DNA of 64,000 nucleotides, from positions 133,762-197,761 of the forward strand of contig CAVRZR010000002.1 of assembly GCA_963725795.1 (NCBI GenBank). The letters are read 5' to 3'. The translations under genes were made by a program, and so were the position numbers. Positions 41,339-57,357 of this stretch are shown here, one piece after another. How positions within the stretch are numbered: the stretch's first letter is position 1; every line of letters begins with the position of its first letter. This DNA comes from an uncultured Actinomycetes bacterium. GTDB taxonomy: Bacteria; Actinomycetota; Coriobacteriia; Anaerosomatales; CAVRZR01. Below the pieces are notes generated by a model. It did no database searches, was not told the origin of the DNA, and saw only the letters and a list, made by a program, of their open reading frames with translations.

Positions 41339-41504
41339 CTCTCCGGAGTTGACCTTCTGGTCTGTATATCGACAGGTTACACGCAGCGCTTGCGCGGTTG
41401 GCACTCATGCGACGCGGCGTTGGCCGCCGCGCGGCTGCGGCGCGCGGCTGCAGAAGTCGTCGGCTATCATGCGTGTGGACCATGTACCCCATGCAGGAGG
41501 CGTC

Positions 41505-44037
<2,533 letters not shown>

Positions 44038-44225
44038 GACCGGGTCTGGCCTACGTTTCACGCGCAAAGCCCGGACGTCTCGGCGGGCGTGCGTCGTGCT
44101 GTCTCGCGCACGTGTATGCCGGGCGGTAAGGCTTCGGTGGTAATCGAGTAATCTCTCCCGCTCAGTCTCTTGGCAAGACGTCAACAGCCGGGCCAGCCAA
44201 GCCCGTTGCCAAGGGAGACACACCC

Positions 44226-44963
44226 GTGGACGACTTTCGAGCCCGACTTGCTGAAGCCGTGAACCGCGCCGGCCTCTCGAAGCTACCACCCGGAGTCCTC
44301 GTTGCGGGGTGCGCGATCGCGATCGTGGCCCTGGGTCTGGCCGTGTGGAAGTGGGCACCTGGTACGGAGGTGGGTACCGTCGCCGAACCTGCGAACGCGG
44401 TGGCGGTGACCCCGACGGGTCCAGGAGTCTCGGCCGCAGGCGCACCTGCGGTCTCGCCGGATGTCCCAGCCTCTGCCGACGCCTCGGGGTCGGGAGATGA
44501 CGTGATGCTGTACGTGCACGTCGTCGGCGCCGTCCGGCACGCGGGTCTCTACCCGCTGCCGCCGGGATCGAGAGTCGCGGACGCGATCGAGAGCGCGGGC
44601 GGGCTGCTCGGCAGCGCCGCCGAACGCGCTTTGAACCTCGCGCGCCCGCTGAGCGACGGCGAACAGATCGTCGTGCCGACACAAGACGAGTACGCCGCCA
44701 ACCCGTCCGGCCCGCAGCCGATGCCTGGAACTGCGGCGGGAGCCGCGCCGGTGGGCGATGCAACCGCCTCCCAAGTGAACATCAACACCGCCGACGCCGG
44801 CCAACTCGACACGCTTCCCGGTGTCGGTCCCTCCACCGCCGAGAAGATCATCGCGGAGCGTGAGGCGAACGGACCGTTTCAGTCCGCAGATGATCTTGCG
44901 CGCGTACCTGGGATAGGCCCGAAGAAGCTGGAGTCACTCAAGGATCTCGTGACAGTGCGGTAG
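44226..44963 (+). CDS. comEA: Competence DNA receptor ComEA
   Basis: TM, SLBB (VHVVGAV..GSRVADAI), HhH NINTA..LPGVGP..VPGIGPK. Confidence 0.93.
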   Translation: MDDFRARLAEAVNRAGLSKLPPGVLVAGCAIAIVALGLAVWKWAPGTEVGTVAEPANAVAVTPTGPGVSAAGAPAVSPDVPASADASGSGDDVMLYVHVVGAVRHAGLYPLPPGSRVADAIESAGGLLGSAAERALNLARPLSDGEQIVVPTQDEYAANPSGPQPMPGTAAGAAPVGDATASQVNINTADAGQLDTLPGVGPSTAEKIIAEREANGPFQSADDLARVPGIGPKKLESLKDLVTVR

Positions 44964-44993
44964 AGAGAGCGCGGTGGTGGATCGGGAGCCCTG

Positions 44994-47709
44994 ATGCGCG
45001 TGGGCGCAGCGGAACCGGCAGAGGCGTCGGCTGAGGTTCTTCCGACGGGCCGATCCGACGCGGCCCTCATCCGCCCATCGGTGCCCCCGCTCGCGTGGTT
45101 CGCTGTGGCAATCGCGTACGGAGTGATCCTCGCCGAGGAATGTGGATGGCGTGGCGTGGCGGCAATGACGCCTCGGCTCCTCACGCAGCTTGTCGCCGCT
45201 GCCACCGTCGCCGCCGTTCTCAGCGCACTCCCGCGTGCGAGGCCGCTTCTGTTGCTGATCGTCGCTGGTCTGGCCGCGGGATGCGTCGCCGGAACCTTGG
45301 CTTGGCGAGACACGCAAGCCCTCGCGGGACAGGTCGGTTCGGCACACGCCACTCGCCTCAGTGTCGCCGTGGTGACCGATCCAACCGCAAGCAGTTTCGG
45401 CGAGAGCTCGCTCTCGAGGATCCTCAGCCCGACGAGCCTGCGTGGTGCCGTTGTTCGCGCACGGTGGCCCTCGGGGTCGCCGGCGCCTGAGGCGGGACAA
45501 CGCGTCGACGTCATCGGAACGCTCAAACCGCCGATGCCTGCGGAGCGACTGAGAAGCGAACTCAGGGCGGGCGTGTGCGGCAGCCTGAGTGTCAGAGCCG
45601 TACAACACGCACGGCCTGCCAGCAGCCTCAGGGGCGCATTCCTGCCCTTGCGCACTTGGGCTCTTCGGCGGCTTGCCAGGATTGGCGGACCTGGGGGCGA
45701 TCTGCTCTCGGGAATCCTCGTCGGCGATCGGAGACGTCTCGCAGGCACTACTGCCGACGAGGCGTTTCGCACCACAGGGCTGACGCACCTGGTGGCGGTC
45801 TCGGGTAGCCACCTGGTCGTCGTCGCGGCACTCGTTGGAGCCGCATGCACGACGCTGGGATTGAAGCGAGCAGCCCAGTCGGCACTGGTGCTCGGTACGG
45901 TCGCCGCGTATGTGGTGCTCTCAGGGGTGCAGGTGTCAGCCGTTCGCGCGCTCATCATGTCCGCTGTGACGTTCTGCCGACCTTACTCGGGTCGGCGGGG
46001 AGATTCGGCGGCAGCGGTGGCGTTGACCGCCGTGCTTATGCTCCTGCTCGACCCTCATGCGGCGTTCGACCTAGGGTTCCAGCTATCTGTGGGGGCGGTC
46101 GCGGGCCTGGTGCTGTTCGGGCGACTGTTCGAGCGGTGGGTTCAGGCTGCCTTGCCGCGGGTGACCGGATTCGCGTCCGGTCCCTTGGCGCTCACGTTCG
46201 CTGCGCAGGCGCTGACTCTTCCACTGGTTGTTCGCACCTTCGGAGTCCTGTCGCTCGTTTCGCCCATTGCCAACGTGCTGGTCGGGCCACTGGTCGCGGC
46301 CGCACTGGTGGCTGGAGTGCTAGGACTTCTCGTGTCCGCCGTTTGGACGTGGCTCGGATTGCAGTGCCTCGGCCTTGCCGGCGGTCTGTGTTCGTTCTCA
46401 GCGGACATTGCCTCACGGCTGGCCTCGCTTCCCGGCGCAGCCATACTCGCTGACAGGTCGGTACTCGTGCTCACCGGGCATCTCCGCGGCGATCCTCCCC
46501 GTCATCTGGTTTGTGTGGCCTCTCCCGAAGGGACGCACGCCTCAGGTTGCGGCGCTAGCCTGCATCTCGATCGTTGCGCTACTGGCGTACGGGTTGCCAA
46601 CACCTTCGACGCCTACGCTCACCGTGCTAGACGTCGGCCAAGGGGATGCGATCCTCGTCCGTGACCGAAGTGCGTCGCTGCTGGTCGACACCGGGCCCAG
46701 CGGGAGCGAACTTCGATCAGCACTCGCGCGCAGCGGCGTTCGCCGGCTCGATGCGGTGCTGCTGACCCATCCTCACGACGACCACACGGGCGGGCTCGAT
46801 ACGCTCGGAGGTGCGGTCCCATACAAGACGCTGTGGGAGACTGCGGCCTTCGACCCTGATGCCTCTTCGGACGGGCAGAGTGAACGAGAACGAAGTCAAT
46901 CCTCGCCCGAGCCGAGGAGCCTCAGCCAGGGCCAAGTCATGCGCGCCGGGCGCTGGCGACTCGAAGTCCTCTGGCCACCATACGGAGCGAACTTCGAGAA
47001 CGCGAACGAGGGCAGTCTCGTGATACTCGCAAGGCTCGGCGGCTTCGAGGCGCTCCTCACTGGGGACGCCGAATCGGACGTGTTGACCGCCCTCACCGCC
47101 TCCGGTCTCATCTCCGACGTCGACGTCCTGAAGATAGGTCATCACGCCAGCAGGGGAGCCGTCACGGCCGAGAATCTGCGTGTCATCCGCCCGGAGTACA
47201 CCGTGATCAGTGTCGGTGCGGGCAACAGGTTCGGGCATCCCACACCCGAGACGCTGAGCGTGCTCGCCGCCTTCGGCACTCATGCTCTTCGCACGGACAG
47301 GGAAGGGGATGTGAAGATCCGGGTGTCGAACGATGGCCGCTCCTTCACCGTGCGGACAAACGGCGGTGTTCGCGCGAGCGCGTGTGAGACAATCCCGCCG
47401 TTGACTCAGCCAGCCCGGCCACCCGACCGATGGACGACGCGTGACACAGGATCTTTCCGACCTCAAGCAGGTGTATCTGATACACGGGAGTCAGGAACTG
47501 CTCTTGGAGCAGGCCCTTACTCGTCTGAAGTCTCGCCTGGCGAAAGTGGCAGACCTCGACTTCAATCTGCAGACGTTCCGCGGAGACAGTGCCCGAGCCG
47601 ACGAGATCATCGCTGCGTGCAACACCATGCCCTTCATGTCCGAGCGCCGCCTCGTCGTTGTGCGCGATTTGGACAGGCTGCAGAAGCCGGACTTGGATGC
47701 CCTGGCTGA
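44994..47709 (+). CDS. comEC: DNA uptake channel ComEC/Rec2 (frameshift near 46478; both ends uncertain)
   Basis: GLTHLVAVSGSH, GFQLS; then LDVGQGDA, VDTG, THPHDDH, LTGDAE, GHHAS, NRFGHP. Confidence 0.88.
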
Positions 47710-48415
47710 GTACGCGCGGAATCCCTCTGAGACAACGTCGCTCGTGCTCGTCGCCGAGAAGGTCGACAAGCGCACGTCGCTGTACTCCGTGATCGAGAAG
47801 CAAGGCGGCGTCGCTGAGTACCGTCCGCCCCGCAAGTCGGAGTATCCGACCGCCGTGATTCAGATGTTCTCCGCGCGCGGGCGCAGCGTCGGCCGCGATG
47901 CAGCGGAGTCTCTGGTCGCCGCCGTCGGCTACGACTTGGCGCGGCTGTCCATCGAGGTGGACAAGGTCGTCTCGTTCGCGGGCGACTCTCGGACGTTGTC
48001 GCGCGACGACGTCGAGCAGGTCATGTCGAGCACCGCGTCGATGTCCGTGTTCGAGTTCCTGGATGCGGTCGGTTCGCGCGACCCCCGCACGACACTCAGG
48101 CACGTGAGCGAGCTTCTCAATCAGGGCGAGACCGAGACCTACATCCACGCCATGACGGTCCGGAGACTACGCGACCTCATCGCGGCAGCGTCACTCGCAG
48201 CGCGCGGCCAGGGCGGAGCCGCCAGCCTCGCGGCCGCCCTTCACCGTCCCGAGTGGCAGGTTCGCGACCTTCCTCGGCAAGCGGGAAGATTCGCTCCGCC
48301 CGAACTCACGAAGGCACTGCGGCATGCGGCGCAAGCCGAGGCCGAAATGAAAACGAGCCGGGGAGAATCCCGGCTCGTCCTCGAGCGCTGGCTGTTGTCG
48401 ATCTGCGGTGTCTAG
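47441..48415 (+). CDS. holA: DNA polymerase III delta subunit
   Basis: [22 protein letters not shown]; typical position after comEC. Confidence 0.9.
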   Translation: MTQDLSDLKQVYLIHGSQELLLEQALTRLKSRLAKVADLDFNLQTFRGDSARADEIIAACNTMPFMSERRLVVVRDLDRLQKPDLDALAEYARNPSETTSLVLVAEKVDKRTSLYSVIEKQGGVAEYRPPRKSEYPTAVIQMFSARGRSVGRDAAESLVAAVGYDLARLSIEVDKVVSFAGDSRTLSRDDVEQVMSSTASMSVFEFLDAVGSRDPRTTLRHVSELLNQGETETYIHAMTVRRLRDLIAAASLAARGQGGAASLAAALHRPEWQVRDLPRQAGRFAPPELTKALRHAAQAEAEMKTSRGESRLVLERWLLSICGV

Positions 48416-48678
48416 GCGCCTACGCCATTCGCTGCATGCATGATGCCCGACTTGCGGTTCGCGGCCTGCTTCTTGTGAATGACACCCTTGCTTGCGGCCT
48501 TGTCGAGCAGTCTCGAGGCCTCCAGGGCTGACTTCTTCGCCGCTTCAGCATCTCCGGCCTCGACCGCCGCGTTCACCTTCTTGATCGCGGTCTTGAGCTC
48601 GGACCGAACTGCCTTGTTGCGCTGATGGCGCTTCTCGTTGGTGATGACGCGCTTCTTCTGGCTCTTGATGTTCGCCAC
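48412..48678 (-). CDS. rpsT: 30S ribosomal protein S20
   Basis: [26 protein letters not shown]. Confidence 0.97.
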   Translation of the reverse strand: MANIKSQKKRVITNEKRHQRNKAVRSELKTAIKKVNAAVEAGDAEAAKKSALEASRLLDKAASKGVIHKKQAANRKSGIMHAANGVGA

Positions 48679-48821
48679 GAATGCAGATCCTTCCGACTCA
48701 TACAGTGATGCCCGTCGCAGTGGGGTGCTGACGAACCCGCAAATACTAGCACACGGCTCCGAGCGTCGCCAACACGCTGCGTTTCGACGCATGGCTGCCC
48801 GCTTGCTATCCTTGTCTGCCG

Positions 48822-50620
<1,799 letters not shown>

Positions 50621-50624
<4 letters not shown>

Positions 50625-51880
50625 CGCCGACGAGCTGGGCGGTGTTCGACGACGCGGACATGGCGTTCCTGTCGGGCCCACAACTGCCTGCTCATGTGTA
50701 CATACACCTGCCGTTCTGCAAATCGAAGTGTTCCTACTGCGACTTCGTCTCCTTCGCCGACGCGACTGACGAGCGCGTCGCCGCCGTCGCGGAAGGCATT
50801 CACGGCGAGATCCTGCGATGGGCCGCGTCGTCGCTTCCCGGCGTGGTGGAGACGTTGTACGTCGGAGGCGGCACGCCGACGTTCGTCGCGCCGCAGGCCG
50901 CCCGCATCATCGAGCAGGCCACAGAGACGTTGCCAGTGCGCGGGAACGCCGAGATCACGGTCGAGGCGAACCCGGACTCGATGTCGGCAGGACTTGCAGT
51001 CCAGCTGCGCTCCCTCGGTGTCACCCGGCTCAGTCTGGGAGTCCAGTCCTTCGATGACGGCGTGCTGCGAATGCTCGGTCGGATCCATGACTCGGCGGCC
51101 GCCATGGCCGCCGCAGAGGCGGCCGTGGACGCCGGCCTGGAACTGGCGGTCGACCTGATGTGCGGAGTGCCTGGTCAGACCATCAGCTCGTGGCAGGAAA
51201 CGCTCGACCACGCACTGCGCAGTGGCGCTCGGCACATCTCGGTCTACCCATTGAGTCTTGAGGCAGGCACGCCGCTCGCCGTGGCTTGCGACGGCGGGCT
51301 TGTTGACGACGTCGAGCCGGACCTCGCAGCAGACATGATGCTGCTAGCAGAAGACGTGCTTTCCGCTGCGGGTCTCCTGCGCTACGAGATTGCGAACTAC
51401 GCGGCTCCGGACGCCCAGTCGCGGCACAACACCGCGTACTGGACAGGCCGTTCGTACCTTGGCATCGGACCAGGCGCCCACGGCATGTTGGATGAACCAA
51501 CAGCGCGCGCGGTCGGGATGCTCCAGGGCGCGCTCGAGTGTCCCGTGGACGAGGAGCGTATCGGTCGAGTCAGATACAACCAGGACGCCGAGCTGCATGC
51601 CTGGTTGTTCGATCCGCAGGGACAGATCGAGTTCCTCACACCCGCGGAGGCGCGACGTGAGGACGTCATGCTGCGCATGCGCCTGGTTGCGGGAGTCGGG
51701 GAGCAACAGGCGCGCGACGCTGGTCTGGAGCACGTCTTCGGCGAGTTGGCACGTCAGGCTCTTGTGGAGCGCGTGGGCGAGTCGGCTGCGTCGGGACACG
51801 ACTCGATCCACTGGAGGCTGACACGTCGTGGTTGGCTGCTCGGCAACGAGGTATTCGCCCGCATATGGTCGCCTGACTGA
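50621..51880 (+). CDS. hemW: Radical SAM heme chaperone HemW
   Basis: [43 protein letters not shown]. Confidence 0.92.
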
Positions 51881-51907
51881 CGGCGTGGTACCTTCGTTCA
51901 CCGTCGT

Positions 51908-51934
51908 TTGGCACTCGCTATAATCGAGTGCTAG
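51908..51934 (+). promoter_or_regulatory. CIRCE operator (HrcA binding site)
   Basis: TTGGCACTC-N9-GAGTGCTAG directly upstream of hrcA. Confidence 0.93.
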
Positions 51935-51944
51935 GAGGTTCCGC

Positions 51945-52946
51945 ATGCTCAGCGAACGTAGGCGCCAAGTGCTCGCGGCGCTTGTAGAGGAATACGTCAA
52001 CAGCGCTCACCCCGTCGGGTCGAAAGCGCTTGTCGAGCGTTATGAGTTGCGCTGCAGCCCGGCGACAGTGCGTACCGAGCTCGCCATCCTCGAGGAGACA
52101 GGGCATGTGTTCCAGCCGCACACCTCCGCGGGTCGCGTGCCGACCGATTCCGGCTATCGGGCGTTTGTCGACGGATTGCTGTCCCGTCAGGAATCGTACG
52201 AGCAGGCGGCCGCTCCGCAACCCGGCCAGCTCGCCGGCGCTGAGATGGAAGATCTCATGCGCGAGACGTCTGCACTCCTGACTCGTCTGACGAGCTGCAT
52301 GGCGGTCGTTCTTGCTCCGACGGTCGCTCGGTCCGCGATCCGCCGCATCGACTTGTTGTCGATGGCGCCGCGTCGTGCGTTGTTCGTGCTCATCACGCAG
52401 TCCGGCCAGGTCGTCAACCGTCATCTCGAGCTGTCTGAAGAAGCGACGCCCGAGCGTCTCTCCGAGGTCGAGCGCGCGCTTAACGCATCACTCGACGGCA
52501 AACGCGCGTCTGAGATACGCCAGCTCAAAGGGGCACTGAGTGGCTCGAGCGGGGACAATCTCGTTGCGAGGATGATCGAGGCCATCATCGAGTGTCTTGA
52601 CGAGGCGGACCGCGACCGGGTCTACCACGGAGGGGTGCTTCCGCTCCTCTCGCAGCCCGAGTTCGCCGATGCCGAGCAGGTCCGTCCGATCGTTGCGGCC
52701 CTGGAAGACGGGTTGACGATACTCGAGACCCTCTCCGGCCTGCTCGAAGAGCACGGAGTAGCCATCCGCATCGGTCAGGAGAACAGGCGGGTTGAGCTCG
52801 AACACGTCAGCATCGTCGCCACGCACTACGGCGACACGTCGGGCGAAGGGGTCGTAGGGGTCATCGGCCCGACTCGAATGGACTACTCACGCGCGATATC
52901 CGCGGTGCGATGGGCCGCCGACGGCTTGAACGAGGCGCTTTCCTAA
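51945..52946 (+). CDS. hrcA: Heat-inducible transcription repressor HrcA
   Basis: PVGSK, SPATVR, QPHTSAGRVPT, GVIGPTRMDY. Confidence 0.97.
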   Translation: MLSERRRQVLAALVEEYVNSAHPVGSKALVERYELRCSPATVRTELAILEETGHVFQPHTSAGRVPTDSGYRAFVDGLLSRQESYEQAAAPQPGQLAGAEMEDLMRETSALLTRLTSCMAVVLAPTVARSAIRRIDLLSMAPRRALFVLITQSGQVVNRHLELSEEATPERLSEVERALNASLDGKRASEIRQLKGALSGSSGDNLVARMIEAIIECLDEADRDRVYHGGVLPLLSQPEFADAEQVRPIVAALEDGLTILETLSGLLEEHGVAIRIGQENRRVELEHVSIVATHYGDTSGEGVVGVIGPTRMDYSRAISAVRWAADGLNEALS

Positions 52947-52975
52947 CCAGACATTCCGAACGGGCAGGGATCCAG

Positions 52976-54097
52976 GTGGCTGCAGGAACGAAGGACTACT
53001 ACGACATCCTCGGCGTGGAACGAGGGGCGTCGGATGACGAGATCAAACGCGCGTTCCGCAAGAGGGCGCGTGAGACGCATCCGGATGTGAACGACCACGC
53101 GGACGCTGAGGAGCGCTTCAAAGAGGTGAACGAGGCGTACGACGTCTTGTCAGACACCGCGAAGCGACAGATGTACGACCAGTACGGAACCGTTGACGGA
53201 AGGCTCAATGGCGGTCCGGACCTCGGCGATATCTTCGGCGGGTTTGGGATGGAGGACATCTTCTCGGCATTCTTCACGGGCGTCTACGGCGGCGGACAGC
53301 GCGTGCGTCTCCAGGGTCGGGACATGGCCACGCACCTGAATGTCACGCTCGAAGAGGCTGCGACCGGGGCCGAGAAGGAGATCGTCATCGATCGTCTGGC
53401 GCCATGCGACGTGTGCGGTGGGAATGGGATGGCTCCCGGCGCGACCGTCATTACCTGTCCGGACTGCGGAGGCACGGGCCAGGTCCGCACCCAGCGGCGT
53501 ACCTTCCTTGGCGTCATGCAGTCTGTGGGCCCGTGCATGCGATGCGGACAGACAGGCACGATCATCGACCGGCCCTGCGAAGAGTGCGAGGGATCGGGAC
53601 GGGTTCCCGATCGCCAGCACGTCACGGTCTCCGTGCCGAAGGGTGTCATGGACGGCATGCAGCTCAGGCTGCGCGGACTCGGTGAGGCCGGCGTGCGCGG
53701 TGCCGAAGCGGGCGATCTCATCGTCACCGTACACGTGCGCGAACACGAGTTCCTGCACCGTGAAGGCGACGACCTCCACTGCCGAGCGGGTGTAAGCATC
53801 ACGCAGGCGGCCCTCGGCGCAGACATGGAGGCCTGTGGCCTGCTCGAACCCGCGCAGATCCACGTGCCTGCCGGCTCGCAGTTCGGCGACGTGATCCGCA
53901 TCAAGGGGCAGGGGATGCCGCGGCTTCGCGGATCCGGGCGTGGAGACCTGCTCGTCCACCTCGCCGTCGAGGTTCCAAAGAGACTCAGCAAGCGACAGAA
54001 GGAGCTGCTCGGCCAGCTCGCCGAGGAAATGGGGGACGGCAAGCGACAGACCGCCTCGACGCCGCTCCAGAAGCTGAAGGACTGGCTCACAGGCTGA
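52976..54097 (+). CDS. dnaJ: Chaperone DnaJ
   Basis: DYYDILG, HPD, four zinc-finger CxxC(x)GxG repeats. Confidence 0.97.
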   Translation: MAAGTKDYYDILGVERGASDDEIKRAFRKRARETHPDVNDHADAEERFKEVNEAYDVLSDTAKRQMYDQYGTVDGRLNGGPDLGDIFGGFGMEDIFSAFFTGVYGGGQRVRLQGRDMATHLNVTLEEAATGAEKEIVIDRLAPCDVCGGNGMAPGATVITCPDCGGTGQVRTQRRTFLGVMQSVGPCMRCGQTGTIIDRPCEECEGSGRVPDRQHVTVSVPKGVMDGMQLRLRGLGEAGVRGAEAGDLIVTVHVREHEFLHREGDDLHCRAGVSITQAALGADMEACGLLEPAQIHVPAGSQFGDVIRIKGQGMPRLRGSGRGDLLVHLAVEVPKRLSKRQKELLGQLAEEMGDGKRQTASTPLQKLKDWLTG

Positions 54098-54905
54098 TGT
54101 CCCGGCACCGCTTCTTCCTCGATCTACCGCTTTCAGATACGCCCGACGGCGAACCATTGCCGCTGTCTCCCGCGGACCTGCATCACGCCGTGCGCGTTCT
54201 GCGCCTCCGGCCCGGGGAGCACATCATCGCGGTGGAGCCGTCTGGCGACGCATGGACCGTAGAAATCGATTCGGTGCAACCTGCCAGGCCGTCTCGGGCC
54301 GGGTGCTCGGGCGGCTCTCGAGTGTGGCCGAGCCCCACATAACCCTCGTTCAGGGGATCGCCAAAGGCGCTGCAATGGACGAGATCGTCCAGCACGCAGT
54401 CGAACTCGGCGTTGAACGCATCATCCCTCTCATGACCGAGCGCACGGTCGTTCGGCTCGAGGCGTCCAAAGAGAGTGCTCGAGTGAGCAGGTGGCAGCGG
54501 ATCGCCCAGAGCGCGGCACGCCAGTCTCAGCGCAGCCGCGTCCCCGATGTGGAGCCTCCCGCTACGATCGCTGCGCTGCCCGAGAGACTGGCGGCAGCCG
54601 ATATCTGCATCGTTCTGTGGGAGGAGCCAGGCGCCGATTCGCTTCCTGCGGTGCTGGCCTCGGTAGACGCCTCAGTATCGGGCGCGGAGTCTCGCGTGGC
54701 GCTCGTCGTGGGCCCCGAGGGTGGCCTTACCGCCGAGGAAGTCGCCGCGATGCAGGCGACGGGCGCGCTGGTGGCGAGTCTGGGCCCCTCGATCCTGCGC
54801 GCGCAGACCGCGGCACTCGCCGCGGTGACGCTTGCGTCATATGCGCTCGGGGGTCTCGGAGCGAGCGAGGCCGGGGACTCGATGGATATCGAAGGCACAC
54901 GGTGA
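54097..54905 (+). CDS. rsmE: 16S rRNA m3U1498 methyltransferase (frameshift near 54285)
   Basis: HHAVRVLR, ELGV, AARQSQR, VGPEGG, SLGPSILRAQTA. Confidence 0.9.
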
Positions 54906-56251
54906 TCAGCCCGAACGAAGGCGCCCCTGGGGCAACGGACACCGATCGCAAGCCAAAGGTGGCTCTTCGAACTCTCGGCTGCAAGGTCAATCAGGTCGAA
55001 GCCGAGCAGATCCTCGCGGAGCTACTCGGTGCGGGCTACGAACTTGCCGGTGAGGAAGGCGCCGACGTCGTCGTCGTGAACACGTGCACCGTGACCGGAG
55101 AGGCCGACGCGAAGGCCCGGAAAGCGATCCGGCACGCGCTGTCGTCCAACCCGGCCGCAATGGCAGTCGTGACCGGCTGCCTTGCCTCCTTGCACCCGGC
55201 GGATCTTGGCGCTTTGGACCGTCGCATCGTCGTCGAGCAGGACCGGTCGCGGGTCGCGGAGCAGGTCAAGCGACTCTGCCCGGTGAGTCCGTCCGGGGAA
55301 CAGAGTGCCGCTCGCGCGCGCATCGGCGCGGGCTTTCACACACGCGCCATGCTCAAGGTCGAAGACGGCTGCGATGCCTTCTGCACGTACTGCATCGTGC
55401 CGTTCGCACGGGGCAACCCCCGATCGACTCCGCTCTCCGATCTGGAGGACGAGTGCGGGGAGCTGATCTCGGCGGGCGTGTCTGAGATCGTGCTCACCGG
55501 CATCAACATCGGCCGCTACGACAGCGAAGGCATCGGCCTCCCGGGACTCGTCCACCGCCTCGCCGCTACAGGCGTCCCCCGTCTGAGACTCTCGAGCATC
55601 GAGCCGCCCGACTTGAACGGCGAGCTGCTCTCGGTCCTCGCTTGCGCTCCGAACGTCTGTCACCACCTGCACGTGCCGCTCCAATCCGGCGACGATCGCA
55701 TCCTGAGCGAGATGGGGCGCGCGTATACCACGGCCCAGTACGCTGACCGCATCGAGAGAGCGCGCGAGGCCCTAACCGGCCTTGCCATCTCCACCGACGT
55801 GCTCGTCGGGTTTCCCGGCGAGACTGACGCCGAAGCCGAGCGAACCTTGCGCTTCTGTCGGGAGATCGGATTCGACCGGCTTCACGTGTTCCGGTACTCC
55901 CCGCGCCCGGGGACGCCTGCAGCCGAGCGCGTCGACCAGATCGAGCCCCGCCGTCGAGCCGAGCGCGCCGGCCGGGCGCGGCAGCTCGATCGCCGGCTCA
56001 GGTCTGCCTCCGCGAAGAGAGCGTGCGGTCAGACGCGTGAGCTGCTGGTCGAACGTCTGCACCGCGGCCCAAGGCCAGATTCGCGTATTGCGGAGGGCAC
56101 CACCGAGGATTACCTGCGCGTACGCGTTGAGGTCGTCGACCCGCACGCGGATGTCGCAGAAGGATCGCTGGTAGAGGTGCGTTTGGTGGAGGTGCTAGAA
56201 GACGGCGCGATCGCGGCAACGCTGCATGAGGGTAGGAACTGCAATGAGTAG
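54902..56251 (+). CDS. mtaB: tRNA t6A methylthiotransferase MtaB
   Basis: TLGCKVNQ, NTCTVT, GCDAFCTYCIVP, RLSSIEP, VGFPGET, YSPRPGT. Confidence 0.92.
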   Translation: MISPNEGAPGATDTDRKPKVALRTLGCKVNQVEAEQILAELLGAGYELAGEEGADVVVVNTCTVTGEADAKARKAIRHALSSNPAAMAVVTGCLASLHPADLGALDRRIVVEQDRSRVAEQVKRLCPVSPSGEQSAARARIGAGFHTRAMLKVEDGCDAFCTYCIVPFARGNPRSTPLSDLEDECGELISAGVSEIVLTGINIGRYDSEGIGLPGLVHRLAATGVPRLRLSSIEPPDLNGELLSVLACAPNVCHHLHVPLQSGDDRILSEMGRAYTTAQYADRIERAREALTGLAISTDVLVGFPGETDAEAERTLRFCREIGFDRLHVFRYSPRPGTPAAERVDQIEPRRRAERAGRARQLDRRLRSASAKRACGQTRELLVERLHRGPRPDSRIAEGTTEDYLRVRVEVVDPHADVAEGSLVEVRLVEVLEDGAIAATLHEGRNCNE

Positions 56252-56385
56252 CGTTCCCACGGTGCCGGCGGGTGACCGAAGTGCTCATCGATCCCGTCGC
56301 GTGCGGTAGAATCGGCAGGTAGGGCGGCTGACAGACCCGGGTCCGGAGGCCGCTGGCAGACAAGTGAATGAGGGTGCATAGGCGA

Positions 56386-57357
56386 GTGGAACCAACACAG
56401 ATCCGCTTGGTCGTTCCGCCGGAGCTGGACATGACCGAGCTCCTCGGCCAGGAAGACAGGCTCCTTCGGCTGATCGAAGACGAATTCGAATCCGACATCT
56501 CGGTTCGAGGCAATCAGATAACCATCATCGGCACGCCGGCCGAGGGGCAGGCCGTCTCGGCGCTCTTCGGCGAGATGATCCAACTCGTCGAGAAAGGCGC
56601 TCAGCTCACGAACGAGAACGTCGAACGCTCCATCGAGTTGCTGAAGACCGGTGAGTGCACGCCGACGGCGCTGCATGCCGACGTCCTGCTCACCCACAAG
56701 GGTAAGTCGATCCGGCCCAAGACTGCCGGGCAGAAGCGCTATGTGGACGCGATACGCGAGAGCACCGTCACGTTCGGCATCGGGCCGGCGGGGACCGGCA
56801 AGACGTACCTGGCAATGGCCATGGCGGTCGACGCGCTCAAGCGCAAGGAAGTGGGCCGGATCATCCTCACCAGGCCCGCCGTCGAGGCGGGGGAGAGCCT
56901 CGGCTTCCTGCCGGGGACCCTGTTCGAGAAGGTGGATCCCTATCTGCGGCCGCTCTACGATGCGCTCTTCGACATGATGGACATCGACAAGTCCACCGCG
57001 CTCACGGAACGAGGCGTGATCGAGATCGCGCCGCTCGCCTACATGCGCGGCAGGACTCTGAACGACAGCTTCATCATCCTCGACGAGGCTCAAAACACCT
57101 CGCCCGAACAGATGAAGATGTTCCTCACACGGCTGGGCTTTGGCAGCAAGGTCGTCATCACCGGCGACGTCACTCAGATCGACCTGCCTAAGGGCATCTC
57201 CGGACTGAAGCTGGTGCGGGATATCCTCGTCGACGTCCAAGGGATCGAGTTCGTCGAACTGACGAGCAAGGACGTCGTGCGCCACAAGCTCGTCCAGAGG
57301 ATCGTCAAGGCGTACAGCGACTACGAGGAAAGCAAGGCGACTTCGAGCGATGGCTAG
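56386..57357 (+). CDS. phoH: PhoH-family ATPase
   Basis: GPAGTGKTY, LTRPAVEAGE, YMRGRTL, DEAQN, DVVRH. Confidence 0.95.
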   Translation: MEPTQIRLVVPPELDMTELLGQEDRLLRLIEDEFESDISVRGNQITIIGTPAEGQAVSALFGEMIQLVEKGAQLTNENVERSIELLKTGECTPTALHADVLLTHKGKSIRPKTAGQKRYVDAIRESTVTFGIGPAGTGKTYLAMAMAVDALKRKEVGRIILTRPAVEAGESLGFLPGTLFEKVDPYLRPLYDALFDMMDIDKSTALTERGVIEIAPLAYMRGRTLNDSFIILDEAQNTSPEQMKMFLTRLGFGSKVVITGDVTQIDLPKGISGLKLVRDILVDVQGIEFVELTSKDVVRHKLVQRIVKAYSDYEESKATSSDG

